Below the pieces are notes generated by a model that saw only the letters and a program-made list of their open reading frames with translations, had not been told where the DNA came from and made no database searches. A stretch of 64,000 bases of DNA from Dehalococcoidia bacterium (GTDB lineage Bacteria; Chloroflexota; Dehalococcoidia; UBA2979). Positions 1 to 10,119 of the stretch are shown piece after piece. The stretch covers positions 480,001 to 544,000 of the forward strand of contig OZ253555.1 in assembly GCA_965262725.1 (NCBI GenBank), read 5' to 3'. Position 1 is the stretch's first letter. Every line of letters begins with the position of its first letter. Both the position numbers and the translations under genes were made by a program.

Positions 1-1
1 G

Positions 2-382
2 CGGGAGGGGGATTACCTCGGCGGGGCGATCGCCCCGGGGATCGGCCTCGCGTCGGAGGCGCTCTTCGCGCGCGCCGCGATGCTCTCGCGCGTCTCCGTG
101 GAGCGCCCTCCCTCGGTGATCGGCCGCAACACCGTGCACTCGGTGCAGGCCGGGCTCTACTTCGGGTACGCGGAGATGGTGCGCGGCATGGTGCGGCGCG
201 TGCGCGAGGAGCTGGGGGAGGGGACGATCGTGATCGCCACGGGGGGCTACGCCTCGATCGTGGAGGAGGAGGCCGGCTGCTTCGACGCGATCGAGGAGAA
301 CCTCAACCTGGAGGGGCTGCGCCTGGTCTACGAGGCGAACCGTCCGGAGGTCGGTGCCGCGGAGCGGGGACAGGCGCCGTGA
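2..382 (+). CDS. coaX: Type III pantothenate kinase (5' partial, runs off window)
   Basis: Frame from nt 2 reads REGDYLGGAIAPGIG...IGRNTVHSVQAG...VIATGG...LNLEGL, the CoaX motifs; directly upstream of coaBC. Confidence 0.9.
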   Translation, partial: REGDYLGGAIAPGIGLASEALFARAAMLSRVSVERPPSVIGRNTVHSVQAGLYFGYAEMVRGMVRRVREELGEGTIVIATGGYASIVEEEAGCFDAIEENLNLEGLRLVYEANRPEVGAAERGQAP

Positions 383-1611
383 GCCCCGAGGGGGGAGGGC
401 CGCTCGCGGGGCGCAGCATCGTGCTCGGCGTCACCGGATCGATTGCGAGCTACAAGGCCGCCGACGTCGCGAGCCGCCTGGTGCAGGAGGGCGCCTCCGT
501 CGACGTCGCGATGACGCCGTCGGCGACTCAGTTCATCGCGCCGCTGACCTTCCGCTCGCTGACCGGCCGGGAGCCCTACGTCGACATGTTCGCCCCGGAC
601 GGCGAGCCCGGCGAGGCGCACGTGGAGCTGGCGCGGCGCGCCGATCTCATGCTCATCGCCCCGGCCACGGCCACCACGCTCGCGCGCCTCGCCCACGGGC
701 TCGCGGACGATTTCGTTTCGCTCACCGCGCTCGCGACGCGCGCGCCGCTGCTGGTGGCGCCGGCGATGGATGCGCAGATGTGGGAGCACCCGGCGACGAG
801 CGCCAACGCCGAGACGCTGCGCGCCCGAGGCGTGGAGTTGGTGGGACCCCTCACCGGTCGGCTCGCCTCGGGCCGCTCCGGGACCGGGCGGCTCGTCGAG
901 CCCGGGGCGCTCGTCGGCGCGGTGCGCGCGCGGCTCGGCCGCGGGGAGGGCGATCTCGCCGGGCGCCTGGTCGTGGTGACGGCGGGCGGGACCCGCGAGG
1001 CGCTCGACCCCGTCCGCTTTCTCGGCAACCGCTCCAGCGGGATGATGGGCCACGCGCTGGCGGAGGCGGCGCGCGACCGCGGCGCCGACGTCGTCCTGGT
1101 CTCGACCGTCGGCTCGCAGCTCGCGCCGCCCTACGGCGTCCGGTGCGTCGCGGTGGAGAGCGCGGCGGAGATGCTCGACGCGGTGCGCCAGCACGCCGCC
1201 GGCGCCGACGCGCTGCTGATGGCGGCGGCCGTCTCCGACTTCCGCCCGCGCGATCCCGCCGACAGGAAGATGAAGCGCAGCGAGCGCGGGGCCGGGCCGC
1301 CGTTGGTGGAGCTCGCCGAGAACACCGACATCATCGCCGCCACCGAGGGAGTGCGCGTCAAGGTCTCCTTCGCCGCGGAGACGCTGGCCCTGGGCAGCGA
1401 GGAGCTGCGCTCGGAGGCGCTGCGCAAGCTCCGCTCCAAGGGGGCGCGGCTGGTGGTGGCGAACGACGTCACGGCCCCGGGTTCGGGCTTCGGATCCCCG
1501 ACCAACCGGGTCTCGATCCTCGACGAGGGGGGCGACGTCGAGGAGCTGCCGCTGCTGTCGAAGTACGACTGCGCCGTGCGCATCCTCGACCGCGTGGCCG
1601 CGCTGCTCTAG
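379..1611 (+). CDS. coaBC: Bifunctional phosphopantothenoylcysteine decarboxylase/ligase
   Basis: GVTGSIASYK, APATA, PAMDAQMW, TAGGTREALDPVRFLGNRSSG, AAVSDF, VANDV motifs. Confidence 0.95.
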   Translation: MSPEGGGPLAGRSIVLGVTGSIASYKAADVASRLVQEGASVDVAMTPSATQFIAPLTFRSLTGREPYVDMFAPDGEPGEAHVELARRADLMLIAPATATTLARLAHGLADDFVSLTALATRAPLLVAPAMDAQMWEHPATSANAETLRARGVELVGPLTGRLASGRSGTGRLVEPGALVGAVRARLGRGEGDLAGRLVVVTAGGTREALDPVRFLGNRSSGMMGHALAEAARDRGADVVLVSTVGSQLAPPYGVRCVAVESAAEMLDAVRQHAAGADALLMAAAVSDFRPRDPADRKMKRSERGAGPPLVELAENTDIIAATEGVRVKVSFAAETLALGSEELRSEALRKLRSKGARLVVANDVTAPGSGFGSPTNRVSILDEGGDVEELPLLSKYDCAVRILDRVAALL

Positions 1612-1642
1612 AGGAGACGCGGGGCGCCCGGAGCGGGCGTCT

Positions 1643-3151
1643 CTAGTCCCGGCTCCGCCCGAGCGCGAGGTGCACCAGCGTCCGGGCCGGGATCCCGCTC
1701 GACCCCTTCACCCATTCGCCGCGGTCGCGGTCGACGGACATGACGCCCGCTATATCCATGTGCGCCCACGGCGTGTCGCCGGCGAAGCGCTGCAGGAACT
1801 TCGCCGCGGTGATGGCTCCGGCCGGGCGCCCGCCGACGTTCTTGAGGTCGGCGACGTCGGAGCGAAGCGCCTGTGCGTACTCGTCGTCCAGGGGGAAGCG
1901 CCAGATCCGTTCGCCTGCGGCGTCGCTCGCGCGCTCGAGTTCCTGGTAGAGGCGGTTGGTGGAGGCGAAGACGCCCGAGCGCACCGCGCCGAGCGCTATC
2001 GACATCGCGCCCGTCAGCGTCGCCACGTCGACGATGGCCGAGGCGTCCTCGCGCCGGGCATAGGCGAGGCCGTCGGCCAGCACCAGCCGCCCCTCCGCGT
2101 CCGTGTTGATCACCTCGATGGACTGCCCGTCCATCGCGTAGACGACGTCGCCGGGCTTCGTCGCCGAGCCCCCCGGCATGTTCTCCGTGCAGGGGGCTAT
2201 CGCGAGCACGTTCACCCGCGGCCGCAGTCGCCCGATCGCCCGCATCGCGGCGATCACCGTGGCCGCGCCCGACATGTCGGCCTTCATCGCCTCCATCCCG
2301 GCGCCCGGCTTCAGCGAGATGCCCCCCGTGTCGAAGGTGATGCCCTTGCCGATGAGCGCGAGCGGGCGGGCCCGCCCGGCGCCGCGGTAGCGCAGCACGA
2401 TGAACTTCGGCGGCTGCACCGATCCCGCCGCCACCGAGAGGTAGCTGCCCATGCCGAGCCGCTCGGCTTCGCCGCGCTCGATCACGGTGCACTCCAGCCC
2501 GACAGCGGTGGCGAGCTCCATCGCGTGCGCCGCGATGTCGGAGGGGGTCATCCGGTTGGCGGGCTCGTTCTCGAGGTCGCGCGCCTCGTTGGTCGCCTCG
2601 GCGAGGATGCGCCCGCGGACGAGCCCGCTCTCCACCGCCGCCGCCTGCCGCGCCGAGCCGCTCACCAGGCTCACCGAGCGCACGGTGCCCGTCGGGGCGT
2701 CCTCCTCGCGCGTGCGGTGCCGGTCGAAGCGATAGCTCCCGAGCACGAGCCCCTCGGCGATCGCCTCGGCCGCCCGCTCGAGGTCGCCGCCAGCGGGGGC
2801 GAGCGGCGCGGACACCGCGAGCGCGACCCGGCCCGCGTCGAGAGCGCGCAGCCTCCGCACGAGCGTCCCGGCGAGCCCGCGGAGGCCGTCGACGCCCCGC
2901 TTCCCCTCCGGGCCCGTCCCGAGCACGACGATGCGCTTCCCCGGCATCTCGCCGAGCGCCGGGAGCACCGTGATCTCGCCCTTCGTGCCCTTGAGCAGGC
3001 CGTCGCGGCGCATCTTCGCGATGACGCCGCCTGAGCGCGCGTTGACCTGCGCCACCGCGCCGGAGAGCCGGCGAGGTCCCTCCGCGATCGGCACGACGTA
3101 GCTCTCCGCCCGCTGGTCGAGGATGCCGCCGCTCGCCGCTGTCAGCTCCAC
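1643..3151 (-). CDS. pepA: Leucyl aminopeptidase (M17)
   Basis: GKGITFDTGG, MKADMSGAA, NTDAEGRLVLAD, DVATLTGA, WAHMDIAG. Confidence 0.95.
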   Translation of the reverse strand: MELTAASGGILDQRAESYVVPIAEGPRRLSGAVAQVNARSGGVIAKMRRDGLLKGTKGEITVLPALGEMPGKRIVVLGTGPEGKRGVDGLRGLAGTLVRRLRALDAGRVALAVSAPLAPAGGDLERAAEAIAEGLVLGSYRFDRHRTREEDAPTGTVRSVSLVSGSARQAAAVESGLVRGRILAEATNEARDLENEPANRMTPSDIAAHAMELATAVGLECTVIERGEAERLGMGSYLSVAAGSVQPPKFIVLRYRGAGRARPLALIGKGITFDTGGISLKPGAGMEAMKADMSGAATVIAAMRAIGRLRPRVNVLAIAPCTENMPGGSATKPGDVVYAMDGQSIEVINTDAEGRLVLADGLAYARREDASAIVDVATLTGAMSIALGAVRSGVFASTNRLYQELERASDAAGERIWRFPLDDEYAQALRSDVADLKNVGGRPAGAITAAKFLQRFAGDTPWAHMDIAGVMSVDRDRGEWVKGSSGIPARTLVHLALGRSRD

Positions 3152-3263
3152 CGTCTCCTCCGTTCGGGCGCCGCTTCTTCGCCCCGCCGCCTGCCGGGAC
3201 GGCCGAGCATAGGGGCTCCGCCGCGCCCGGGTCGACGCGGGACGCTGCTATCATGCGCGCCCC

Positions 3264-4106
3264 ATGCGCCACCACCTCGTCCGCTACCTCTACCGCGTGA
3301 CCTCCTCGTCCCGCACGGGCTTCGCCTGGGCGGACCTCTCGGAGATCGCGCTCGCGGCGACCGCCTTCCTCTTCTACTTCCTGGTGCGCGGCGCCGTGGT
3401 CGACCGGGCGGCTGACGCCGTCGCGCACGCGCGGATGATCGTGGACTGGCAGGCCGCGCTCGGTCTCTTCGTCGAGCCGAGCCTGCAGGAGTGGACGCTG
3501 GGCAGTGAGGCCGCCGTCCTCCTCTTCAACTTCGTCTACTTCTGGCTCGACTTCCCGCTCATCATCGGCGTGGGGCTCGTGCTCTTCGTGACCAGCCGCA
3601 GGCACTACACGCTGCTGCGCGACGCGTGCCTGATCTCGGGCGGCTTTGCACTCGTCGTGTACTGGAGCTTCCCGGTGGCGCCACCGCGGCTTCTCCCCGA
3701 GGGGGGGTTCGTGGATACGCTCCAGCTCTATTCGAGCCTCTCCTACCAGGCGCAGTCGACGCAGCCGTTCGTCAACCCCTACGCGGCGGTGCCCTCCCTC
3801 CACGTGGGGTGGGCGGCGCTGCTCGCCGTCACCGTGTGGCTGGCGACCAGGAACCCCTGGGCGCGCGCGGGCGCCGTGCTCGTCGCCGTCCTGCAGGCGA
3901 TCTCGGTGGTGGTGACGGGGAACCACTTCCTCTTCGACGGGCTCGCCGGCCTCCTCGTCTGCGCGCCGGCCTTCGCGATCGCGCTCTGGATGCAGCACCG
4001 GGGCTATCCGGCGGCGCGCGCCCTGCTCGACCGCGCCAGCAGGCGATCCGAGCGGAGCCGCGATCTGGCGGCGGGCGGAGGGCACACGGAGCAGGCCGGC
4101 CGCTAG
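3264..4106 (+). CDS. PAP2-superfamily membrane phosphatase / IPC-synthase-like protein
   Basis: FPVAPPR, NPYAAVPSLHVGWA and TGNHFLFD motifs; multiple TM helices. Confidence 0.85.
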   Translation: MRHHLVRYLYRVTSSSRTGFAWADLSEIALAATAFLFYFLVRGAVVDRAADAVAHARMIVDWQAALGLFVEPSLQEWTLGSEAAVLLFNFVYFWLDFPLIIGVGLVLFVTSRRHYTLLRDACLISGGFALVVYWSFPVAPPRLLPEGGFVDTLQLYSSLSYQAQSTQPFVNPYAAVPSLHVGWAALLAVTVWLATRNPWARAGAVLVAVLQAISVVVTGNHFLFDGLAGLLVCAPAFAIALWMQHRGYPAARALLDRASRRSERSRDLAAGGGHTEQAGR

Positions 4107-4186
4107 CCGCGGGGGCACGGTGACCCGCAGCGTCACGTGGCACCCGGCTCGGGCGCCGCTCGTGCCGCCGAGGGGCGGGAGGGACT

Positions 4187-4813
4187 ATGCGCCAGGGGCT
4201 GCGCGTTCTCGCGGCTGCGGGAGCGCTGCTCGTGGGTTGCGTCGGCGGCGCCAGTGATGCGCCGACGCAACCCTGCCCCGAGTCGATCGGTGCCGACTGT
4301 GACCAGGCCACACCTGCCGATCGGCCGGGCAGCCCCACGCCTTATCGCCTCGGCATTTTGCCGGAGAGTCCCATCTTCGACGTGCCGGCCGGTGTACCGG
4401 TGGTGCTGTTTTCGATGGCGCCGTCGCGAAGGGCGATAAGGGGGGATGACCCGGAGAGGCAGGGCGTTGATCACGAAGCGCTCGTGCCGTCACCCCTCAG
4501 GCGACACCGCATCGATCCTCCCCCCTGGAGCACCGCGATCACTCACAGGACGACGGGTTCGTCGCTCCTCGTCGACAATCGTACGGGCGAGGAGATCGCC
4601 CGCGTTATCATCGCAGCGGGCCCTTCTCCGCACGAGTTGATCCTTCAGTACGCGACGGGTCGCTTCGTCATCGACAGGTACACGGGCGAGACCATCGCTC
4701 GCTTCCCGCTGGATCGGGTCAGCATCCTGCCCACCGTGGACGTGCTGTTCGCTCGCACGCCCATGGACGCGATCTTCGACGAGATCCTCGCGTCGATCCG
4801 CCCCCCGGAGTAG
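4187..4813 (+). CDS. Hypothetical lipoprotein
   Basis: Signal peptide with lipobox LVGC; internal duplicated motif LLVDNRTGEEIAR / FVIDRYTGETIAR; ends DAIFDEILASIR. Confidence 0.6.
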   Translation: MRQGLRVLAAAGALLVGCVGGASDAPTQPCPESIGADCDQATPADRPGSPTPYRLGILPESPIFDVPAGVPVVLFSMAPSRRAIRGDDPERQGVDHEALVPSPLRRHRIDPPPWSTAITHRTTGSSLLVDNRTGEEIARVIIAAGPSPHELILQYATGRFVIDRYTGETIARFPLDRVSILPTVDVLFARTPMDAIFDEILASIRPPE

Positions 4814-4966
4814 CCGGGAACCGCCGCGTCCCGCCGCACGCCGCCTGCGAACGCGTGCATTCCCCGGGGAGCCGTGCTACCGTTTTTGCGTCCGCCCGTC
4901 TGGGGCGCAACTCCCGCACACACGAAGCGGGCTTGTGATGGCCGCCACCACGGCGGCGGAGGGCCG

Positions 4967-5233
4967 ATGCCGACAGCCGAGAGCAGGCAGGAGATCGTCC
5001 ACGGTTTCGCCCGCCACGAGGAAGACACCGGGTCGCCCGAGGTCCAGATCGCGCTCCTGACCGACCGCATCAAGCATCTGACGGAGCACCTCCGCGAGCA
5101 CAAGCATGACTTCGCGACGCGGCGCGGGCTGCTCAAGCTCGTGGGGCGCCGCCGCCGCCAGCTCCGCTACCTGAGCAACGTCGACGTGGACCGCTATCAC
5201 ACGGTGCTCGGTCGGCTGGGTCTGCGCCGCTAG
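4967..5233 (+). CDS. rpsO: 30S ribosomal protein S15
   Basis: [13 protein letters not shown]...[29 protein letters not shown]; ATG at 4967 after GGAGGG; upstream of pnp. Confidence 0.97.
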   Translation: MPTAESRQEIVHGFARHEEDTGSPEVQIALLTDRIKHLTEHLREHKHDFATRRGLLKLVGRRRRQLRYLSNVDVDRYHTVLGRLGLRR

Positions 5234-5590
5234 GCGCCGCCCGACGCAGCGCGGGGCGGCAGCCCCGCCCGCACGGCCGGGGAGGGGCCCCGGCGCAACC
5301 GCTCCGCCTGAGGTCCGGGATACAGGACCGGCCGAGCACGAGGGTCGAGGGAAGAACCAGCACATCACACCAGCACGTAAGGGGGCGCGGGAGACCGGTG
5401 CGCCCGAGATGGTCGGCCGACCGGGCCGGCTCGAACCGAAGCATCGTCCCCCGCGTTCCGCGCCGAGCCCACTCTTGCGCGCCTCGCAGCCTCGTCCGCC
5501 GACGCTCCACCCGGCGCGCCGGATGGCACGGCCGTAATCACGCATGAGAACGAGAAACAGATCAGGGAAGAAAGAGGAAGGCAGCACATA

Positions 5591-8104
5591 GTGACCACCG
5601 AACCACGGAGCTTCACCCGCGAGATTGCTGGGAGGCGCATCGAGATCGAGACCGGGCTTCTGGCGCAGCAGGCAACGGCCTCCTGCACCATCCGTCTCGG
5701 CGACACCATCCTGCTCGTGACGCTCGCCGACGGCGAGCCCAGGCCGGGCATCGACTTCTTCCCGCTCACCGTCGACTTCGAGGAGCGGATGTACGCGATC
5801 GGGAAGATCCCCGGCTCGTTCTTCCGGCGCGAGGGACGTCCGGGCACGGACGCGACGCTCGCTGCGCGCATGACCGACCGACCGATCCGGCCGCTCTTCC
5901 CCAAGGGCTACCGCCGGGAGATCCACGTCGTCTGCACGGTGCTCTCCGCCGACCGAGAGAACCCGGCAGACGCCCTCGCCACGACCGGCGCCTCCACCGT
6001 GCTGATGGCCTCGAACATCCCGTTCGAGGGCCCCGTCTCCTCCGTCCGCATCGGGCGCGTCGACGGGGAGCTCGTGCTCTTCCCGACGTACGAGCAGCTG
6101 GAGGAGTCGGACCTCGACCTCACCGTCGCCGGCACCGACGCCTCCGTCGTGATGCTGGAGGCCGGGGCGAGCGAGGTCGAAGAAGACGACATGATCGAGG
6201 CGATCGACTTCGGGATGGAGGCGGTGCGCGAGCTGAACGCGCTGCAGGCGGAGATCGTCGAGGCCATCGGCGAGTCGAAGCTCCCGTTCACGCCCCCGTC
6301 CGCGGATGAGGAGCTCGCCGCCGCGGTGCGGACGGCGCTCTCAGGCCGCGACCAGGAGCTGCTCGACGCCGTGAAGGCGGAGGGCTGGCGCGGCATCGAC
6401 GTGCTCGGCGCAGAGGTCTTCCAGGAGCTCGGCGGCGAGGAGTCGGCGTACGACGCGCGCACCGTCCGGACGGCGACCGAGGCGGCGCTCAAGCAATTCG
6501 TGCGGGCGCGCATCCTGGGCGAGAACCAGCGCGCAGACGACCGCCCAGAGGAGCAGATCCGCAGCCTCACGGCGCGGGTTGGCGTGTTGCCGCGGGCGCA
6601 CGGGACCGGGCTCTTCAGCCGGGGCGAGACGCAGGTGCTCTCGGTGGCGACGCTGGGCTCTCCCGGCGACAAGCAGCGCCTCGACACGATCGCGCCCGTC
6701 GAGCACAAGACGTACATGCACCACTATAATTTCCCGCCGTTCTCGGTCGGGGAGGCGCGGCCGCTGCGCTCGCCGGGGCGCCGCGAGATCGGCCACGGCG
6801 CGCTCGCGGAGCGCGCGATCATGCCGGTGCTCCCCCCGCAGGAGCAGTTCCCCTACACCATCCGCGTCGTCTCCGACGTGCTCGCCTCCAACGGCTCCAC
6901 CTCGCAGGCCTCGGTCTGCGGCTCGACCCTGGCGCTGATGGATGCGGGCGTTCCCATCAGCGCGCCGGTCGCCGGCATCGCGATGGGGCTGATCTCGACT
7001 CCGGACGGCAGCGACTACCGGATCCTCACCGACATCGCCGGCATCGAGGACGCCTTCGGCGACATGGACTTCAAGGTCGCCGGCACCGCGCGCGGCATCA
7101 CGGCCGTGCAGCTCGACATCAAGCTCGCGCGGCTCCCCGACGATTTCCTGCACCGCGTCTTCGACCGTGCCCGCACGGCGCGCCTCGAGATCCTCGAGGT
7201 GATGAACGGCGCGATCGCCGAGCCGCGCGGGGAGATGTCCCCCTACGCCCCGTCGATCCAGAGCGTGAAGATCGACCCCGAGAAGATCGGCGCCGTGATC
7301 GGGCCCGGCGGGAAGGTCATCCGCGGCATGGAGGAGGAGACGGGCGCCTCGATCTCGGTCGAATCCGACGGAACGGTCTTCGTCGCTGGCTCGCAGGACG
7401 GCGTCGCGGCGGCGCTCAAGCGCATCCGCGGCCTCACCAAGGAGATCGAGGTCGGGGAGGTCTACGAGGGCCCGGTGGTCCGCATCCTCAACTTCGGCGC
7501 CTTCGTCGAGATCCTCCCCGGCAAGGACGGGCTGGTGCACATCTCCGAGCTCGCCCCGGGCCGCGTGAACCGCGTCGAGGACGTCGTGAGCCTGGGCGAT
7601 GTGATCGCGGTCAAGGTCGTCGAGGTCGACAACCTCGGACGCATCAACCTGGCCCGCGTGCAGCCCGGCGAGGACCCCGATCGAGTCGGCCTCGCCGACG
7701 AGGATGCCGATCGCGAGCCCGCGCCGGTGCTCGCCGGAAGCGGATCCGCCCCCGACGAGGAGCTCATCAACGAGGACGAGATCCCCACGCGCTCCTCATC
7801 CTTCGGCGGCTACAGCGGATTCGGCGGCGGCCGCAGTGGTAACGGCGGCGGTGGCGGCGGCCGCGGTCCTGGTGGCGGTGGTTCCCGCGGCGGTGGCGGC
7901 GGCCGCGGTCCTGGCGGCGGCGGTTCCCGCGGCGGTGGCGGTGGCGGCGGCCGGGGTCCTGGCGGCGGTGGTTCCCGTGGCGGTGGCGGCCGCGGCCCCG
8001 GGGGCGGTGGTTCCCGCGGCAGTGGCGGCAGTGGCGGTGGCGGTGGCGGCGGCGGCAGCCGTGGTCCCGGCGGCGGAGACTCCTCGGGCGGTCGCCGCTG
8101 GTAG
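5591..8104 (+). CDS. pnp: Polyribonucleotide nucleotidyltransferase with C-terminal acidic and Gly/Arg-rich extension
   Basis: DFFPLTVD, GSFFRREGRP, RREIGHG, SNGSTS, GDMDFKVAGT, KH (IGPGGKVIR) and S1 (FGAFVEILPGKDGLVHISEL) domains. Confidence 0.97.
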   Translation: MTTEPRSFTREIAGRRIEIETGLLAQQATASCTIRLGDTILLVTLADGEPRPGIDFFPLTVDFEERMYAIGKIPGSFFRREGRPGTDATLAARMTDRPIRPLFPKGYRREIHVVCTVLSADRENPADALATTGASTVLMASNIPFEGPVSSVRIGRVDGELVLFPTYEQLEESDLDLTVAGTDASVVMLEAGASEVEEDDMIEAIDFGMEAVRELNALQAEIVEAIGESKLPFTPPSADEELAAAVRTALSGRDQELLDAVKAEGWRGIDVLGAEVFQELGGEESAYDARTVRTATEAALKQFVRARILGENQRADDRPEEQIRSLTARVGVLPRAHGTGLFSRGETQVLSVATLGSPGDKQRLDTIAPVEHKTYMHHYNFPPFSVGEARPLRSPGRREIGHGALAERAIMPVLPPQEQFPYTIRVVSDVLASNGSTSQASVCGSTLALMDAGVPISAPVAGIAMGLISTPDGSDYRILTDIAGIEDAFGDMDFKVAGTARGITAVQLDIKLARLPDDFLHRVFDRARTARLEILEVMNGAIAEPRGEMSPYAPSIQSVKIDPEKIGAVIGPGGKVIRGMEEETGASISVESDGTVFVAGSQDGVAAALKRIRGLTKEIEVGEVYEGPVVRILNFGAFVEILPGKDGLVHISELAPGRVNRVEDVVSLGDVIAVKVVEVDNLGRINLARVQPGEDPDRVGLADEDADREPAPVLAGSGSAPDEELINEDEIPTRSSSFGGYSGFGGGRSGNGGGGGGRGPGGGGSRGGGGGRGPGGGGSRGGGGGGGRGPGGGGSRGGGGRGPGGGGSRGSGGSGGGGGGGGSRGPGGGDSSGGRRW
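7843..8075 (+). repeat. Imperfect coding tandem repeat (about 39-48 nt units) encoding GGGGRGPGGGGSR in the PNPase tail
   Basis: Repeated ggcggccgcggtcctggYggcggYggttcccgYggcggtggc, four RGPGGGGSR units. Confidence 0.85.
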
Positions 8105-8131
8105 CGGGAGCCCCCCGAGAAGCGTGAGGCG

Positions 8132-8929
8132 GTGATGCGCGCGATCGTCTCCGGGACCGGCGAGATGGGGCGTCTCGTCATCGAGACGCTCGAGGCCGAG
8201 CCCGGCGTCGAGGTCGTGGGCGTGCTCGAGCCCCTCGTCGGCGAGGCGTCGGCGCGCGAGTACCGCTCGGGCTCGGGCGCCTCGTACCCGATGCATGATG
8301 ACCCCGGGGCGCTCTTCTCCGACACGCGCCCCGACCTGGTCGTCGACTTCACGAATGCCCGGGCGACGCCCCGGCTCATCGGCGCGGTACTGGGGCAGGG
8401 CGTGCGCCCGGTGATCGGCACCTCGGGGGTGCCGGGGGCTGGGGTCGAGCGGCTTCGCGCCGGGCTTGCGGACCGCAGGCTCGGCGGCGTGATCGCCGCG
8501 AACTTCGCGGTGGGCGCCGTCGTGCAGATGCACCTCGCGCGCGTCGCGGCGCGCTTCTTCGACGCGGCTGAGGTCATCGAGCTTCACCACGACCGCAAGG
8601 CGGACTCCCCCTCCGGCACCGCGCTCGCCACGGCGGCCGGGATGCGCGAGGAGCGGGGCTCCGACTTTGAGCACCCTGACCCCGAGCTCGAGCACCTGCC
8701 CGGAGCCCGCGGCGCCGTGCTCGGAGGGGTCGGGATCCACTCCGTCCGGCTCCCCGGGCTCGTCGCTCACCAGGAGGTGATCCTGGGCGGCCGCGGCCAG
8801 ACGCTCTCGCTGCGCCACGACACCCTCGGGCGCGAGTCGTTCATGCCCGGCGTGGTCCTCGCCGTCCGCGCCGTGATGGATCTCGAGGGCCTCGTCGAAG
8901 GGCTCGACTCGCTCATCGGGCTGAGCTAG
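8132..8929 (+). CDS. dapB: 4-hydroxy-tetrahydrodipicolinate reductase
   Basis: VDFT, VIGTSG, ANFAVG, EVIELHHDRKADSPSGTA, IHSVRLPG. Confidence 0.95.
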   Translation: MMRAIVSGTGEMGRLVIETLEAEPGVEVVGVLEPLVGEASAREYRSGSGASYPMHDDPGALFSDTRPDLVVDFTNARATPRLIGAVLGQGVRPVIGTSGVPGAGVERLRAGLADRRLGGVIAANFAVGAVVQMHLARVAARFFDAAEVIELHHDRKADSPSGTALATAAGMREERGSDFEHPDPELEHLPGARGAVLGGVGIHSVRLPGLVAHQEVILGGRGQTLSLRHDTLGRESFMPGVVLAVRAVMDLEGLVEGLDSLIGLS

Positions 8930-9011
8930 CCGCCCCATCTCGCCACCGGGAGCCGTGCCCCCTACGATGGGAACGGCGGCTCATCTCGCTTTCGACCGGG
9001 GGGAGGATTTT

Positions 9012-10064
9012 GTGTCGGGTTCAGCGCGTCCCACCGTGGCTGTGATCGGCGCGACGGGCGCCGTCGGCGCCTCCTTCCTCCGTGTCGCCCAGGAGCGCGA
9101 CTTCCCCATCGGTGAGCTGAGGCTGCTCGCGAGCGCCCGCTCCGCCGGTCGAAAGCTCCGCTTCCGCGGCGAGGAGCACGAGGTGCGCGAGACGAGCGAG
9201 CAGGCGCTGGAGGGTGCCGACCTCGTCTTCTGCTCGGCGAACTCTCGGGTCTCGAAGCGGTGGGGGCCGGTCGTGGCGGTCTCCGGCGGCGTCTTCATCG
9301 ACGACGGCTCCGCCTTCCGGATGGAGCCCGCGGTCCCCCTCGTCGTGCCCGAGGTGAACGGCTCCGACGTCGAGTGGCATCAGGGGATCCTCTCGATCCC
9401 GAACTGCACGACCACCCCGCTCGTGGTGGCGCTCGACGCGATGCGTCGAGTGGCGCCGCTCTCGCGCGTCAGCGTCGCGACCTACCAGTCGGTGACCGGC
9501 GTCGGCGCTGCCGCCGCCGCCGAGCTTCAGGCGCAGATCGCCGCCATCGGCCGCGGCGAGGAGCCGGCTCCGCCGCGGGAGCTGCCGCATCAGATCGCCC
9601 TCAACGTGATTCCGCAGGTCGACGACTTCGCGGAGGACGGCTACACCGTCGAGGAGCTGAAGATGCGCAACGAGTCGCGCAAGATCCTGCACCAGCCGGA
9701 ACTGCGCTTCTCGGCCACCTGCGTACGCGTGCCGACGATGATCGGGCACGCCGAGGCGGTGCACGTCGAGTTCGACTCGGCCGCACCGCTGGAGGCGCTG
9801 CGCGCAGAGCTCGAGGCGCAGCCCGGCCTCGAGCTTCAGGACGACCCGAAGGCGGGGCTCTACCCCACGCCGCTCTCCACCCAGGACGACGACCGCGTCT
9901 TCGTCGGGCGGCTCAGGCGGGACCCGAGCGTTCAGCACGGCGCCGTCTTCTGGGTGGTCTCCGACAACCTGCGCAAGGGCGCCGCCACCAACGCCATCCA
10001 GATCGCGGAGGAGGTGATGGCGCGCGGCCGGCTCGGCGCGCGGGAGGCCGCCGCGGCGCTATAG
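9012..10064 (+). CDS. asd: Aspartate-semialdehyde dehydrogenase
   Basis: GATGAVG, LASARSAG, PLVVPEVN, PNCTT, SATCVRVP, DNLRKGAA; GTG at 9012 after GGAGGA. Confidence 0.95.
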   Translation: MSGSARPTVAVIGATGAVGASFLRVAQERDFPIGELRLLASARSAGRKLRFRGEEHEVRETSEQALEGADLVFCSANSRVSKRWGPVVAVSGGVFIDDGSAFRMEPAVPLVVPEVNGSDVEWHQGILSIPNCTTTPLVVALDAMRRVAPLSRVSVATYQSVTGVGAAAAAELQAQIAAIGRGEEPAPPRELPHQIALNVIPQVDDFAEDGYTVEELKMRNESRKILHQPELRFSATCVRVPTMIGHAEAVHVEFDSAAPLEALRAELEAQPGLELQDDPKAGLYPTPLSTQDDDRVFVGRLRRDPSVQHGAVFWVVSDNLRKGAATNAIQIAEEVMARGRLGAREAAAAL

Positions 10065-10119
10065 TAGGGTTCCGGAGAGCGGCTCCCCGCGCTCCGGTCG
10101 CCGTCGGGGGAGTTGCGGC

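Noticed and set aside
850-900. CoaBC LASG instead of the catalytic LACG motif
   Set aside because: As I recall, the Ser variant is common in several phyla (e.g. Bacteroidota), so it is not evidence of inactivation.
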